From Lingula anatina (Eukaryota; Animalia; Brachiopoda), in the NCBI GenBank assembly GCA_051362555.1, contig JBPQGU010000016.1:496001-560000 (forward strand): a DNA stretch of 64,000 bases, in the 5' to 3' direction. Of this stretch, positions 11,701 to 25,300 are shown one piece after another. Under the pieces are notes generated by a model, which saw only the letters and a list, made by a program, of their open reading frames with translations, was not told the DNA's origin and did not search any database. Within the stretch, counting starts at the first letter, position 1. The number at the start of each line of letters is the position of its first letter. Both the position numbers and the translations under genes were made by a program.

Positions 11701-14700
11701 GAGGTTAATAGTCTCAGGTGAAAAATACCCTCTCTCTCCCTCTCTCTCTCATACTTTCCCATTCTCCCTCTTTCTCTCTCCCTTCCTTCTCTCTCCCCCC
11801 CCCCCCCGTACCTGTTTTCCATCAGAAGACTTCACCCTGACTCTGTGCCAGCCGTCAGCCTCAAACAGCCCCCCATACACCTCACCCTCCACCACTGCAG
11901 ACACAGGGCCACACTGGGAACACTGGCTCTCCAACGCTGACTCCAGCTGTTCTAATTTTTCCTGTGAATAAAAACCATATTCTTCAGTATGCATCTTAAT
12001 AATGGATGGATACTATGGTTAATTATTGTACACTTGCAATCGCATTCTTTTGAATTGACAAAAACAAATTTAAATTTGACATGCAAAACATGTTTAGCAT
12101 CCTGGAAGCTCTCTTATATAAATGTGAAAATACTAAAATATTATATTTTACATATATTTCAACTTGTCTAAGATCATAAATATAACATGTACATGAAAAC
12201 GTTAAAAGTAAAAAATTTACTGGACCAAATTACTGTCCCCCCCCCTTTTTTTTTTTTTTACATATATAGCATATTTTGAAAGTCAGAAATATAACATGCA
12301 CCGTAAATCTGAGACACTTACAGAATATTCGGGACCAACCAGTCTTATCACCAAGTCAGTAGTTGTACAGACATGTGTCACATAGACGTCCCAGAAGCAC
12401 TCTGAAGGCAGCTGTATGGGAGCTGGAAGGTAATAATATCAATTTCTCATCTACCAATCAATCAATGTCTACCAATTTCTAGTTCATAATCTACTCCCAA
12501 ACACTAAGTTAAATTATTATCAATTTCTAAACCCAGGAAGGTAATCTAGTTCCTAAAATAAATGTAAGCCCACTACCACACCCACTTTATAAAATTGTTA
12601 TCAATTTGTAATGTCAAGAAGCCTTTCTAGTCCATAATCTAGTCCCAAACACTTAATAAAATAGCCATCAATATTTCACCATCAGAGGTCAATCTTATTC
12701 ATTAACTGTCCCACCAACTAGACAAATGTAAATGTCTCACCACAATAAAGTCAATCTAATCACTCTATCATCCCACACACTGCCCCTAAAGCTTAAATAT
12801 TGTTACATAAGTTGTGTGCTAAACTGATTTTAAGACAAATTTCCACTGAACTTTGGCCGACCCAGCTTCAACAGAAAACACCCTACTGTAAATTCAAAGT
12901 CAAATGGTCACAAATGAAATAGAACTGCAACCTCTGACTACAGCCCTGAAGCCTTACCTGGATCTGGGACATGATACACCACAGTGCTCTTTGCGACGCC
13001 TTTCTGCACCAAGCAGCTTGTTACGGACTGGCCGGTATGTTTGCTGAACAACTCCACTATACAGTCATGGTCTGGAGAAATAAATTTATCATGACACATC
13101 TGTCACTTTTGCTTGAATTATTATGGAACATCACTTTTGCTTGAATTCAGAGAATGATCAATTTTTTATTGATACTTGTAAATATCAAATAAAACAATTG
13201 GAGGCATGGTAGGGAGAGAGTTGGGGGTTTGAAAAGGGGACGGGAATGGAAAGGGGTTTGAGAAGAGAAGGGTGGGGGGGAAGGGGGTATGAGAAAGGGA
13301 GGGGTGGGGGGAGAGGGTTTGAGAAGAGGAGGGGTCTGAGTAAGGGAGGGGAGGGGGTGTTAAAGAAAGAGGGATTAGGCAGAAGTGCAAAATTCAAATA
13401 TTATGTAATTCAGGGGCGTAACCAGACCTTTAAAAATTGTACGCACAGATTTTTAAAATTCCCAACAAAATGTAGACTAACGCAAGAGATGAAGGACAGC
13501 GTAATTACAGCATATGTACCACACATCGCAGCTTAATTTCCATTTATAATAAAATCATCATTTAGTCAGAAATATTCTCGCAATTAATACAGAGGATACA
13601 GAGGATTTGTACATACAGGCGACTTTAATAAGCAGAGGATTTTCTTTTATATTCCGTGAAAAATACACTGAATTTATATAAAATAATATCATGGTTGGCC
13701 AAAAAATTGTACGCACAGTGCATCCGTGCGTATGACTAGTTACGCCCATGTAATTTGTTAACTCACCCTCATGTGCTTTAACTGTCATCTTTACCTCTTC
13801 ATTTAAGACTAGACTTGAGAATTCTTCATCACAGGAAGGCTACAGAAATAAAAATAAATTTGTTAAAATGGATGATAACCTTAAGAAATTTGGTAAAATG
13901 GATGATAACCTTAAGAATAAAAGCTGGTAGAATATACGTTCAGATACTGTTGTGGTAGTTTATTTTACGACTACTTTCTACAGTACAACAGTCCACATAA
14001 GCTCAAGTTCACTGATGGAGCACCTGTTGGTCTGCGCTGGCTCGATGGTGGGTGCTATGTCCACTTAGACTTACCTTGAGTGGCTCAAGTCCACTGATAC
14101 AGCACCTGATAGCCTGGGCTGGCTCACTTACCCCCTTACAGCTTTTAGTAGGCGGGACAGACATGTAAGCTGGCTAAGCTGACAGTAATCTAGTGAGACT
14201 CCCCACAGGGATAGATCGATCTAAAATCGGTGGGAATGGGGTCTTAGACTTACCTTGAGTGGCTCAAGTCCACTTATACAGCACCTGATAGCCTGGGCTG
14301 GCTCACTGGTCAGTTCAGGGGTCAGTGGCCGGAGATCTTGAAAGGGGACGGTGTCCATGTTGCCAAAGTCTACATAGTATACTGTCACCTTCAATGATAT
14401 AATAGGGGGTATAGGAAAATAGCAATAATTAGGATAATAATAACACTTGTTAATGAAAATATTAATATATAAAAATAAATAAAAATCAAATAAATAAATA
14501 AATGAAATAGATTTAAAAACAGATAGATAAATAACACAAATACAAATATCAATAAATGAAAATAAAGAGAAAAACTGGCTTGGGAGGAAGCCAGTAACCA
14601 CAACTACTTAATAACTGCAATTTAAAACATCAATTTCTTAAACTAATATATGTGGTGCTAAGTATATGAAGATTACCCCTACCTGCTTCCTATGACAACT

Positions 14701-17700
14701 GCCATCTCTCTATTTTATTTTTGTTTTTTGGTCACAGACACTATATTTCGTTACTATGAACATTGGTCAAAATGGACAAAACTGTCCATCTCAAAAAGTG
14801 TTTTCACAATGAAACTACCTACGTGAATGTTTGAAATAAATCTGTGGGAACTTTTTCTGAATGCATTCAAATCAACAGATCAACATGCCTCTTCTTGCTT
14901 CCAAGGTACTCGTATAATTCAGGGGCAGATCTAGATATATTTTCTGATAGTCTTCCAAATTATCTTTGTTGCTCCAACCTCCATTTTTGACTGTCTTCTG
15001 ACAGAGAAAATTGGATACCCGTCAAAGTAAACTTAAAGGGATAATAACTCTTCGTTTCGGCCAAAAAATGAATTTTCCTGGAGTAAACAACAATTTTCCC
15101 ATACTTACCAATGGTTAATGAATCCATTTTTACATTCAAAGTTAGTCCCTGGTTTTTTCCTAAAAAGTTTGGTTTTTTGTATAGCCATCAATGGAGGTCA
15201 CGTGGTCTAAAGACAAACTCAGATATCAGAAAAACGGCTATAACTGCTGTTTTTGTGGTAAAACAGAATATATTATATTTCTATGAGTTATTCACAATGT
15301 TTTTATTTTGAAATATAGATACTCATATGAAGAGTTATTATCCCTTTAACAAATCTAACCTTCTTCCAGAAGACCCAGAAAAAGGTCTCAATCCGCCCCT
15401 GTAATCACCAGCTTTTCTTTATTCTACTCAATTCCAGGAGGAAGTGCGTTAATCTGTTATCTGATTGTTTTCAGGGAAAGTAGAACTTGATAGTACGACA
15501 GTTTCACTGTGAAGGCACCCAAAGTCAAAACCAACCTTTGTTTTCTCAAAAGCTGCTTTACGTACCCCTTCCTCTTCTATCTTGGCCACTTGAGCTCTGT
15601 ACCAGTTGCCATCTTGGTATTTGCACAAACAGTGGGCACCAAGTGTTAAATTGTCTATTTTACCTTTCTCTTTGGCCTGAAATAATATCATTTAATCTTT
15701 TTTATTATTATTATTTTTTGCCATATCAAAACATTTGTATAATTGTAATTGTTTCAAATTAAAACATTTTATCTGTTCTTATAAGACTAGTGTAAAAGAT
15801 TTCATTTTTTGAAATTGAAATGTTTCATTTATCTATGCCTGATATACAAGCAGGCATATTGATTTCTCCTTTTGGGTTCACGCTTGGCACTTGCCTTAAG
15901 GAGAAAATGTTTATGTGTGGTGCGACTGAAAAAATTGTGCAAAATTTAGATGTTTTATAATTTTTACCTTACAAACTTCCTGGACTTTAGAATGCACTGC
16001 AGTTACTTGAGGTCCAGTTCTGGTGACAAAAAACTGTTGGCAGGACTTCACATGAGTGACACAGACACAGACGTCTGTCCTGAAAGATTAAACAAATTAA
16101 ATGAATAAATAAACATCCAAAAAAAAATTAAATAAAAGTTATTCATTTAAAAATATTTTTTAAAAGCTAATTATTTAATTATTAACTTAAGAAATATTTA
16201 ATTGGACAGCAACCTCAAGTGGATGAAAGTCATTATTGATTTTATGATTTTTTTCCCTACAAAATTAAAACATAGATTGAATGCTGCTTTCTAACTTATC
16301 AAGTTAATATCCAATGAACACCATAAACAATGTTTAAATGGCTTCTTTTAACATTCATTATGTCAACTTTATGAAGAAGACTATTAATTTTGATTTAAAA
16401 AATAAAGATATTTAAACATATTTACTCAGATTTTTAGACCTACCCAAGTGCTGGAAGGACTGGCGGCAATATTCTCAGTTTTTCTTTCTGAAATATACAA
16501 GGAGCTATATATTATTTTTCAGATTTCAGCATGTATTTCATAAATATCACTTTTTATGGATCTTTCTTTTCTACATACAAAAATGGACCTACAAATTGTA
16601 ACTGCAAAGAGGAAAAAAATAACAACTGTTACAAGAAAAACCAAAAAATCTGTAAAAAAATTCTCAAATATTTTCATTGAGGCTAAACATTTCTTTTTCA
16701 ACAGGCAGTCCTTCAGGGAATCTACTGGTCAGTTTTATACAGGTTTTATTGCTAACAGGTGACTTGCGAACATTTTTTCGCAAGTCATGAATGAAACACC
16801 CTGAGCTTCAGAGATAACTTGACACCTACCTCTTCACTATAGCCTATCTTCATCGTGTCAAGTTACCTCTGACCACATTCGATTGCTCCCGCCGCCCGCC
16901 AATCAAATTTAAATCCCGCACTCAATGACTCATTGAACGATCTAGCCAATGAACGCGAACGAGTCAAAGCGCGCTTTGTTCAAATCCGGACCAATCAAAG
17001 ATAAGGCTGAATATCAGGGACTTGCCGTAACCTGTGGGCAGCACGCAAAATACATCATCCCTCAGTAGATAATGATGCAGGGCCTCAAACTGCTCTGGTT
17101 TTAATTCCGATATACTCATATTTTGCAAAGAATCAAGAGATAACTTAACACATTATTTTTCGTAGTCACTCGTAGGAGACGCCATGCTTTCTTTGTGTAC
17201 GGTTATGCACTCGGCACTACTCGGATGTCTCCGCACTCGACAATAACTTTGTTGTTAGTATGGAGCTTGCGGAATCAGCCGAGGATTACCGATTGACGGT
17301 CAACCAATCAGCGTTTTCACCAAACTTTGGTGAAAAATTTTGAAACTTGGATTCGATTGGCTTATATAAACTAGGTCAAACTATTTTCGTCAGAGGTAAC
17401 TTGACACGATGAAGATAGGCTATAGTGAAGCTGTAGGTGTCAAGTTATCTCTGAAGCTCAGGGTGGAATGAAAGGAATCAGAGCACACAATTTACCAAAT
17501 AAAGCTATCAAAAGTCTATCTCCAATATCTATACCTTGTTCAATAATATTTTTTTTAAATAAAAACAGGTGTTCTAGAAATAAATAGCTTCAAATCTAAA
17601 TTCATCTCTTTCTACCTAAACATTATATCTTTAGAACACCACCAGGATTCATCAAGGTTAACTAGACATGCTCCATGTTCTACTGGTTGACTATTTCTAC

Positions 17701-18636
17701 CTTTTCAGAATCTTTGGCACTTGATTCAGTGGTTGGTGATACTGCATAAAGTCTCCTCATCTCTGGGTACAGTATTTTCCTATCTGTTCCTACCACACTG
17801 AAAGTACAGTAAAAGTTGTCAGTTTAGAGAGGTGCGAGTCACCTCCTAGCGCTTGTACCACCAGCAATGTTGCTAGTGAGTTTTTATCTTTCAGTCTTTT
17901 CACATCACACTGAAAGAACAGACAACTAGAGGTTTAGAGCTGCTTACTGAAGCTTGTGCCAACTGGAATGTTTATGAATTATGTTCGTTAATGAAATGTG
18001 TTCGTATTACATCTACTTACCCCTCTATAAGAAATCAAAGTATATTAAAACAAATACTTGTGCATGTATGTACATACCAAAAACATCATGCATCTATGCA
18101 CATAAGCATGCATGCACATACAACCACACTCACATACAAAAATAGACATACACACATGCACACACACGCACAGCCACACATACACAGATACACACACGCA
18201 GCCACATACACCCCATTTCCATAGATTAGATCGACCTACTTTAGATCGACCTAACTCCCTGGGGGTTCACGCTAAATAGCTGTCAGCCGGGGGGACAAGA
18301 AAGTTAATTACCCTCTTACAGCTTGTAGTAGGCGGGACGGACATTTAAGCCGGATTATCTGAAAGTAATCTAGTGAGACTCCCCGCGGGGATAGATCGAT
18401 CTAAAATCTATGGGAATGGAGCCATACACACACACACACACACACACAGACTTACTAACCTCTCCACTTTGACACAATCTGTCCAGCTCTGGACTCTGTC
18501 CATCAGGTCTGGGGGAGGAGCCTCATTGAACTGCTGTTTATACTCTATGGGGAGACGTGTGTTCCACAGCCCATTCTTACGCCCCTCCATGATCTGGAAG
18601 TAATGAAAGATGAATTAAACTGTGAAAAGATAAGAC

Positions 18637-18701
<65 letters not shown>

Positions 18702-21700
18702 GAAAATAAAAGAAAATATGCAGAGGAAAAATAATTTTAAATCAATGAGTTGGACAAGGAATTCAATTTTCAAGAATGCAATGAAGCTGGGCAAGTATCC
18801 AGCTTTTTTTACAAGTGGTAGCTTTCACTATTATTATTATTATTATTATTGTCACCATTATCATCGTCATCATTTGCTTCTAGGGCAGAACTGATCAAAA
18901 CCAAGCTGAATTGAAGCCAACCAATAAATGCTTCACATATAGGCAGTATTCCCCCAAGTAAGCACAAATAATGAAGATAGAGTGAGAAAAAGAGAGAGTT
19001 ACATGTACCTTCCTTTTAGACCCACACCACAAACAAAAGCTACGTCAACAATGCCTGCAGACATAACACAGCAAGAAGGCGCAAGAGGCAATCAGGCAAA
19101 CATTAGACAGGTGCGTGCCATTATCAGGCCTAAATCTGCCACAAAACCATGTAAATAATATGACGCGGGACATTTATTGTTGTGTTCATTTCGACAGCTT
19201 ATATATAAACAACTAACTGAGAGGGTTTTATTTCTTGTCCAAATTTGTGACAAATTATGTCAACACTGCAGTGAGAGGGGGGAAGCCGTGTATAACTTCA
19301 CGTGAATTGATGTTGTCTAATTTGTAGATAAAAAGAAAATGTAAGTGCTAACTTATGTCAAATGTATAATTATTATTTCAAAATTTGTGACAGTCCAGTA
19401 AAAGCTAAAAACAGATCAGTTTTGATATATATATAAGTTATGTTATATATTCAAATACAACATAAGCCCAATTTATACATGTATTAAATAGTTTCAAAAA
19501 GAAAAAATATCTTGTTGATTTTGTGGAAGGCTCTTGTACTCTGGTGACATAACAGTGGTCTTAATTTCCAGGGAGAGCGCAGAGAACTTTTTCCTTTCTT
19601 TTTTTTCCATTCTTGCAGACTACAAAGTTTGTGTTACTTATCAAAAAGGCCAAAAGTCAGATCAAAATTCAATACCTCCAGCTTAAAGAAATATCTCACA
19701 TACAGTTTGTAGATTTCAAATATATTTATCCTCTCCTCCTCCTCTCCCCAAACATTTTCATGAACATAAGTAGAAAAGCCAATACTCATGAGTGCACATG
19801 TAAACACGCCGCCACTGTGACATACAACAAGTCACTTCACAACAAGCATACTGTAGTACCAGGACAAGTGGTGAGACGATAAGCAGCTATCCTGCAGCTA
19901 GAACAAGATCATCTAGTGTCTAATCTAGGATCAGAGCAAGACTAGAGATAGAACTAGAACTAGAACTGGAACGAGAGCCAAAACCACAGCCAAGGATATA
20001 TCTAGATTGGGCAAAGATTGGAGCTAATACCAGATCTAGACTCCAGTTAAGATCTGATCTAGTACCAAACCTACATGTAGCACCAGGACAAGGCTGTAGA
20101 CCTACAGACCAGATCTTGGACCAAATAAAGAACTAAGGGCTAAGACAAAAGACTGTAAAAATAGGTAAGCTGCACATTTCACTTTTTATGTGATGCACCA
20201 CATACTCTGAAGTGCCAAATAAACGTGCCGGCACGTTTATTTTTTTTCCGGAAATTTTCCACCCGGCACGATCTTATTTTCCCCGGCACGATTAATAATT
20301 TTCAACACGGCACGGTTATTTGGCACTCATTGTGCCGGTTGGAAATATTGTTTATCGTTTCGGAAATGTGGATGATCGTTTCATTGGACAAGTTAATAAT
20401 TATTAATGACCTGTCGCAAGCACTAGACTCGAACTTCTTTTAAGCATAAATAAAAGCCAGTGTTTCTCCAGCATTTAAAGAGCGAGGCGCCTCGCTGAAA
20501 TTTGTCAGAAGCACTACCTTGCTGGGCTGAATGGAACAACAAAGTATATATTTTCACTCATGCTAACTGAAAATTATATTTATTTCTAAGCAAATATGGC
20601 ATTCTGTTTACATACTGTACGTAATCCCATGCTTCTGAGCTTCTTTGCGCTGAACGACAGGAGAGAGAATATTTTTTGCGGCAGTTTAATTTAAGGATGA
20701 AGCGCTCCCACATGCAAAGTCAATTAACCAGTTACTTTCAGAAAGGTGAAAAATGGTAAGAACAACATATTTCATCAACTTTTTGGTCAATCCAAAAATA
20801 ATTCAATTTTGTAAGCCCTTTTTCTTGATTCCTGTAAGTATTAAAGTAGTTAATTTTTTTTTTTTTTTTTGAAATAGTATGTTCTATAATTTTTGAAAGT
20901 TTTAATTAGCATTATACGAGCTGCTGCTGCTGAACCTTAAACTTCAAGATTGACTAAACTGAGTGAATGCATAGACAGGAAAATAAATTTTGTCTAAACC
21001 TTTGTTATGTCATTACTGAATTAATTCCTCAAAACATCTAAAACAAGACAATTCAGTACCACATAAGATGTAAAAAAAATTACATAAATACCCTAAAATG
21101 CACCAAATTGCAGCTCGATTAAGAAAAATTTTCCGAGGGAGCTTGGTGATAGAGATTACTCTAAATAGTTAAAAAATGTTAAACTATGTGTATAAAATCA
21201 AAGGTAAATTTGTCTAGATATTGTGTTTTTTTATGTTTAATAGTCAAAACATTTTTTTCCAAATTGGAATATAACTTAAAATTGCCATTACAATTATTCA
21301 TTGAAATTATTAAAATTGATAAAATTTTCCGGGGGGCACAGTTATTCCGCTAGGCACTGTTATTAAATATCGGGAATTTTTCCAGGGGGCACAGTTATTC
21401 CGCTAGGCACTGTTATTAATTTTGGAAAGTTTTCCAGGGGGCACTGTTATTCCGGTAGGCACTGTTATTCGGCACTTCAGAGTACTTGGCTCAAATTCTA
21501 AGCATTCTTTGCTACGATCAACCTTTAAATTGATAGTAGTTTTTGGAAAAGAGTTTTTTAGTTAAGTAATTTTGTGAAATAGGCTCCACAGTTTAGAGCT
21601 AAGAAACCACTCATGTTTTACTACCAGTAGCTAAAGACAAAGTACAGAAAACACTTATATGCTTTGATGTTTAATACATGTATTAATGAAGGAAAAAACT

Positions 21701-22330
21701 CTAATGTGGTGCAAGTTGAAATGGGTGGAAATTATCCCAACTATGCAAACTTGTTTATGATATGTGATTCAATTCATCATTCAATGCAATTCTACTTGTT
21801 TCCAGTTTTGATCACATCAAAAATTACTGACTTTATCATAACATATTTAACAGAATTTGACTCAATCGCAATACAGACAATACCACTGCCAAATAATTTA
21901 AAGAGCATACACACTGCTACATCATAATACAGTATAGATTGTCCTTGTTAAAAGTTTACTCTTATTCAGGTAGCTACAATTTTCCAATACATTGATCAAA
22001 ACATCAAACACTTTGAGGATGCTGAAACCCACACCTTACTACCAATAAAAAGCAATAATCAATTATTCATTAAAATAATCAAGTTAGTAATGTTGTGTTC
22101 ACTCCACCGACAAAAGTCAATATTTCTACAGAAATGTGAGTACTTGATTACGTTACTTATTGTTATCATTTAAACAACTGTGAAGATATGCATGACATAA
22201 TACATCCAGTAAACATTGGATTAGCAGAAAGATATATAGTAAGATCGAATTTGTAGGTGTGTGTGTGTGTGTGAGAGAGAATGAGAGAGGGAGGGGTGGA
22301 AGGGAGAGAGAGAGAGAGAAGGGAAGAGCA

Positions 22331-22371
<41 letters not shown>

Positions 22372-25300
22372 GGAGGGGTGAGAGAGAGATCTTGGGGGGG
22401 GGGGGGGGTACATGGAGACTCAGGCTGACCAGTGATATCAGTACCTGGGTAATGTCAGCTTCTGCCTCTAATCTAATGCTACATTAGCTATAAGGTAAAT
22501 ACTGCCTATTTGACTACATCATTGTGAAGATTGAGGGCTTTATCAGTGGAGAAAACTGGGACATCTCTCGCTCTTCGTGGTCTAATCTTACAACCCTGGA
22601 GATGCTTGTTAAACAAGAAAACAGCAATTAAATAAAACCTGCTATTTACTGCTACAATTTGTTCATCAGTTATATTTTATTTCTGAAATGCTAAATGAAT
22701 GATTCAACTGTAACAACTGAAGGATTTATTAATTTTTGCGACTTGCAAGATTGTATTTTGTATTTTGTTTTTCACACAATTCACTTAAAAGATCAAATGA
22801 GTTCACATAAAAGTAGAAAACTTTCATACTTTGTAGAAAACATTTTGGTTATCTTGAATAAAATGCCAACTGGAAAGCTTGGCAGTGTAAACCTATTAAA
22901 AACAGAGAAAAAATACTTGTGAGTACTGGCATAATACCACACAGCAAACAAATGCTCCGCTCTATCAGATATGTCAAAATAAACACAAAAATAACACTTA
23001 ATAGCGATAAAATAAACACCACATTCCAACGTCTGCCCTCATTAGAGTTTCTGACAATATTTCTAAAAGAGGGAGGACTGTGTAAAAGATTGTGACCCAG
23101 AATTCGCAATTTTCGCACTAATGATCTCGACTGGATTAACCACCAAGAGTCTGAGTCTAGATGAAAAAAAAAAAAAAAACATTTGATGACTCTGCAAAGC
23201 CACTACACTAGTAGGGTGAATATCACTGGTCATGTAAGATTCCATTAACAGGGGGTGGTATCATTAATAGGAGTATTTTTATTTTTTAATTAAAAAATCT
23301 ATCAGGGATGAGACTGCCATTTAGTTGGGTCCTACTCCTCTCCCCCTCCCTCAGTTTATATTGCAGATCTGCATCGATGTCAAAATTGATTTGTTTGGCT
23401 CCCAAATATTAGAAAATCTCCCAAAAGTTGGAAATAGCTCATCCCTGATTTATTAACACATTTCCCTCCTGCAGTCCCCAATATCTTATGACATACCAGT
23501 GCGACTGGGTGTATGCATTTCTGTTACTTCAAACTTAAAAGAGAATAGTTCCCTACCTAAAATTAATTTCATTTGACAGGTTTTGTGACATTTTAAAGCC
23601 AAATATTTATTCTAGTGGGAGTGCAACAGAAGTTTTAAGTGTATTTTCCTTTTGTACGCTACACTTTGTACTACAAGTACATACATGTACAGATTTTGAA
23701 AATGTGCTTGACAGCAAAGCTCCAGTGCACATTTTTTTCTATCAATTTTGTAACCAGCAATGTTTTTCCCAAGAATACAGAAGTGGATTCCTTCACATTC
23801 CAGCCTCAGGTAATAATCTGATGCTACAGCTACTGGTGCTGAAGTGGAAAACATTGTTGTTTCAGTCTAATTGGTGTTTATTTTTGTGATTTCAGCCCGT
23901 GAGAGCAGAAACTTTTGGCTGAAGAAACACACTTCACAGGGATCTAGGCCAGGCATTGACAGCACAATTTCCAATGACAAATTGGCAGCTGATCAGAAAA
24001 TACTAGAAAACAGAATTAATTGCTTAACCCTTGGGCAAAATATAAAAGCTTTTTTTTCCCTACAAACCAGTCAATAAAAGGAAAAACATTCAACTGCATA
24101 AAAAACTCCACACTTTTGAATAGCACAATGAATGTTGACCACATGACAACAAAGCAATTAACCATGACAACAACATAGTTCAATCACCAAGGCAACAGTC
24201 TCTCACCATGGCAACAAAGGCTCAGCTTCAGCAGGGGAACAATCTGCGGGATTTCACACAGAAAGATGAGCTCAGTGACGTCACCCTGATTGTCCAGGGA
24301 GAGCCACTATATGTACACAAGGTTTACCTGGCAGAGTGGTCCCCCGTATGGAGAGCCATGTTTGTTGCAAACTTTCGAGAAAAATCAGCCCAAGAGATTG
24401 AGCTTCCAGGAAAAGAACTGGAGCAGATGGTTGAACTGTTACATTGTATATATCCCAGTCAGAAAGCAATCAATGGTGGGTGCCAACTGGTGTGACTAAT
24501 AACTGTTACGTCTCTTTTGTTTCAACATGGAACTTGCTGGGTTGTTTCTCTCTCTCTCTCTCTGCTTAGAAATTTCTCTCTCTCCTTTAAATTTATTCTG
24601 ACTTTCAATGCTCTATGCGCACATGAGTTCCTTCTATGTTTAAAATTTCAAGTACAAATTTATTTTACAATATCAGCAACAAGTTTAAATACTAAGCCAT
24701 GGATCTCAAGATAAAGCATTTCTTATATTAAACACTTTCTTTTTAGAGGAAAATGTCCACTTTCTACTGGAACTGGCAGAGGAGTACCAGATCGAAAAAA
24801 TCAAGCAACGCTGTGAAGTCTTCCTCTTGTCTGGGAACACCGATTTGGAAAGCCTCCTTCTTGCTCAGAGATACTGCCTCGATAAGCTGTACACGAAGTG
24901 CATAGAGGGAGCCACCAGGCTTACCCTCGAAGACTTGGAAAAGTGTGATGAATTTCAACAACTAGAACCAAGAACTCTGAACACGATATACAAATCTAAA
25001 ATCAACACCATGAGAGACTATGCCAGTTACATCAAGGAAAAAGAAGTGGCAATGGAAAAGAAATGCAATAAGGTTTCTAGGGAGAGAGACAGGATTCAGT
25101 CAAAGTTGCAGACCGTGAAAACGCTTTGGGAATCCCCTAGCAAGCGTTGCTATAGACACATGGGAAACACAGCCATGTTTGATTTTTCCTGTAGAGAATG
25201 TAATGAAAAGGTTTACCGAGAGATAAAAAAGTTGTGCAGTGAGCTACCAAATAACAGAATTAACTAACTTAATTTAAAGTGATATTTATATCTTTTGAAT

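Noticed and set aside
13166-13536. Pro/Gly-rich ORFs
   Set aside because: G/A-rich low-complexity tract with no splice or domain support.
17906-17921. Duplicate of the exon 9 acceptor (cacactgaaag.acag) as an alternative acceptor
   Set aside because: Use would give an immediate TGA; only a 16-nt similarity.
19890-20150. Degenerate hexamer (ctagaa/ccagat-like) tract as an RS-type coding exon
   Set aside because: No long ORF in the track, stops in the frame I read, and no phase-compatible splice sites found; treated as a decayed simple repeat.
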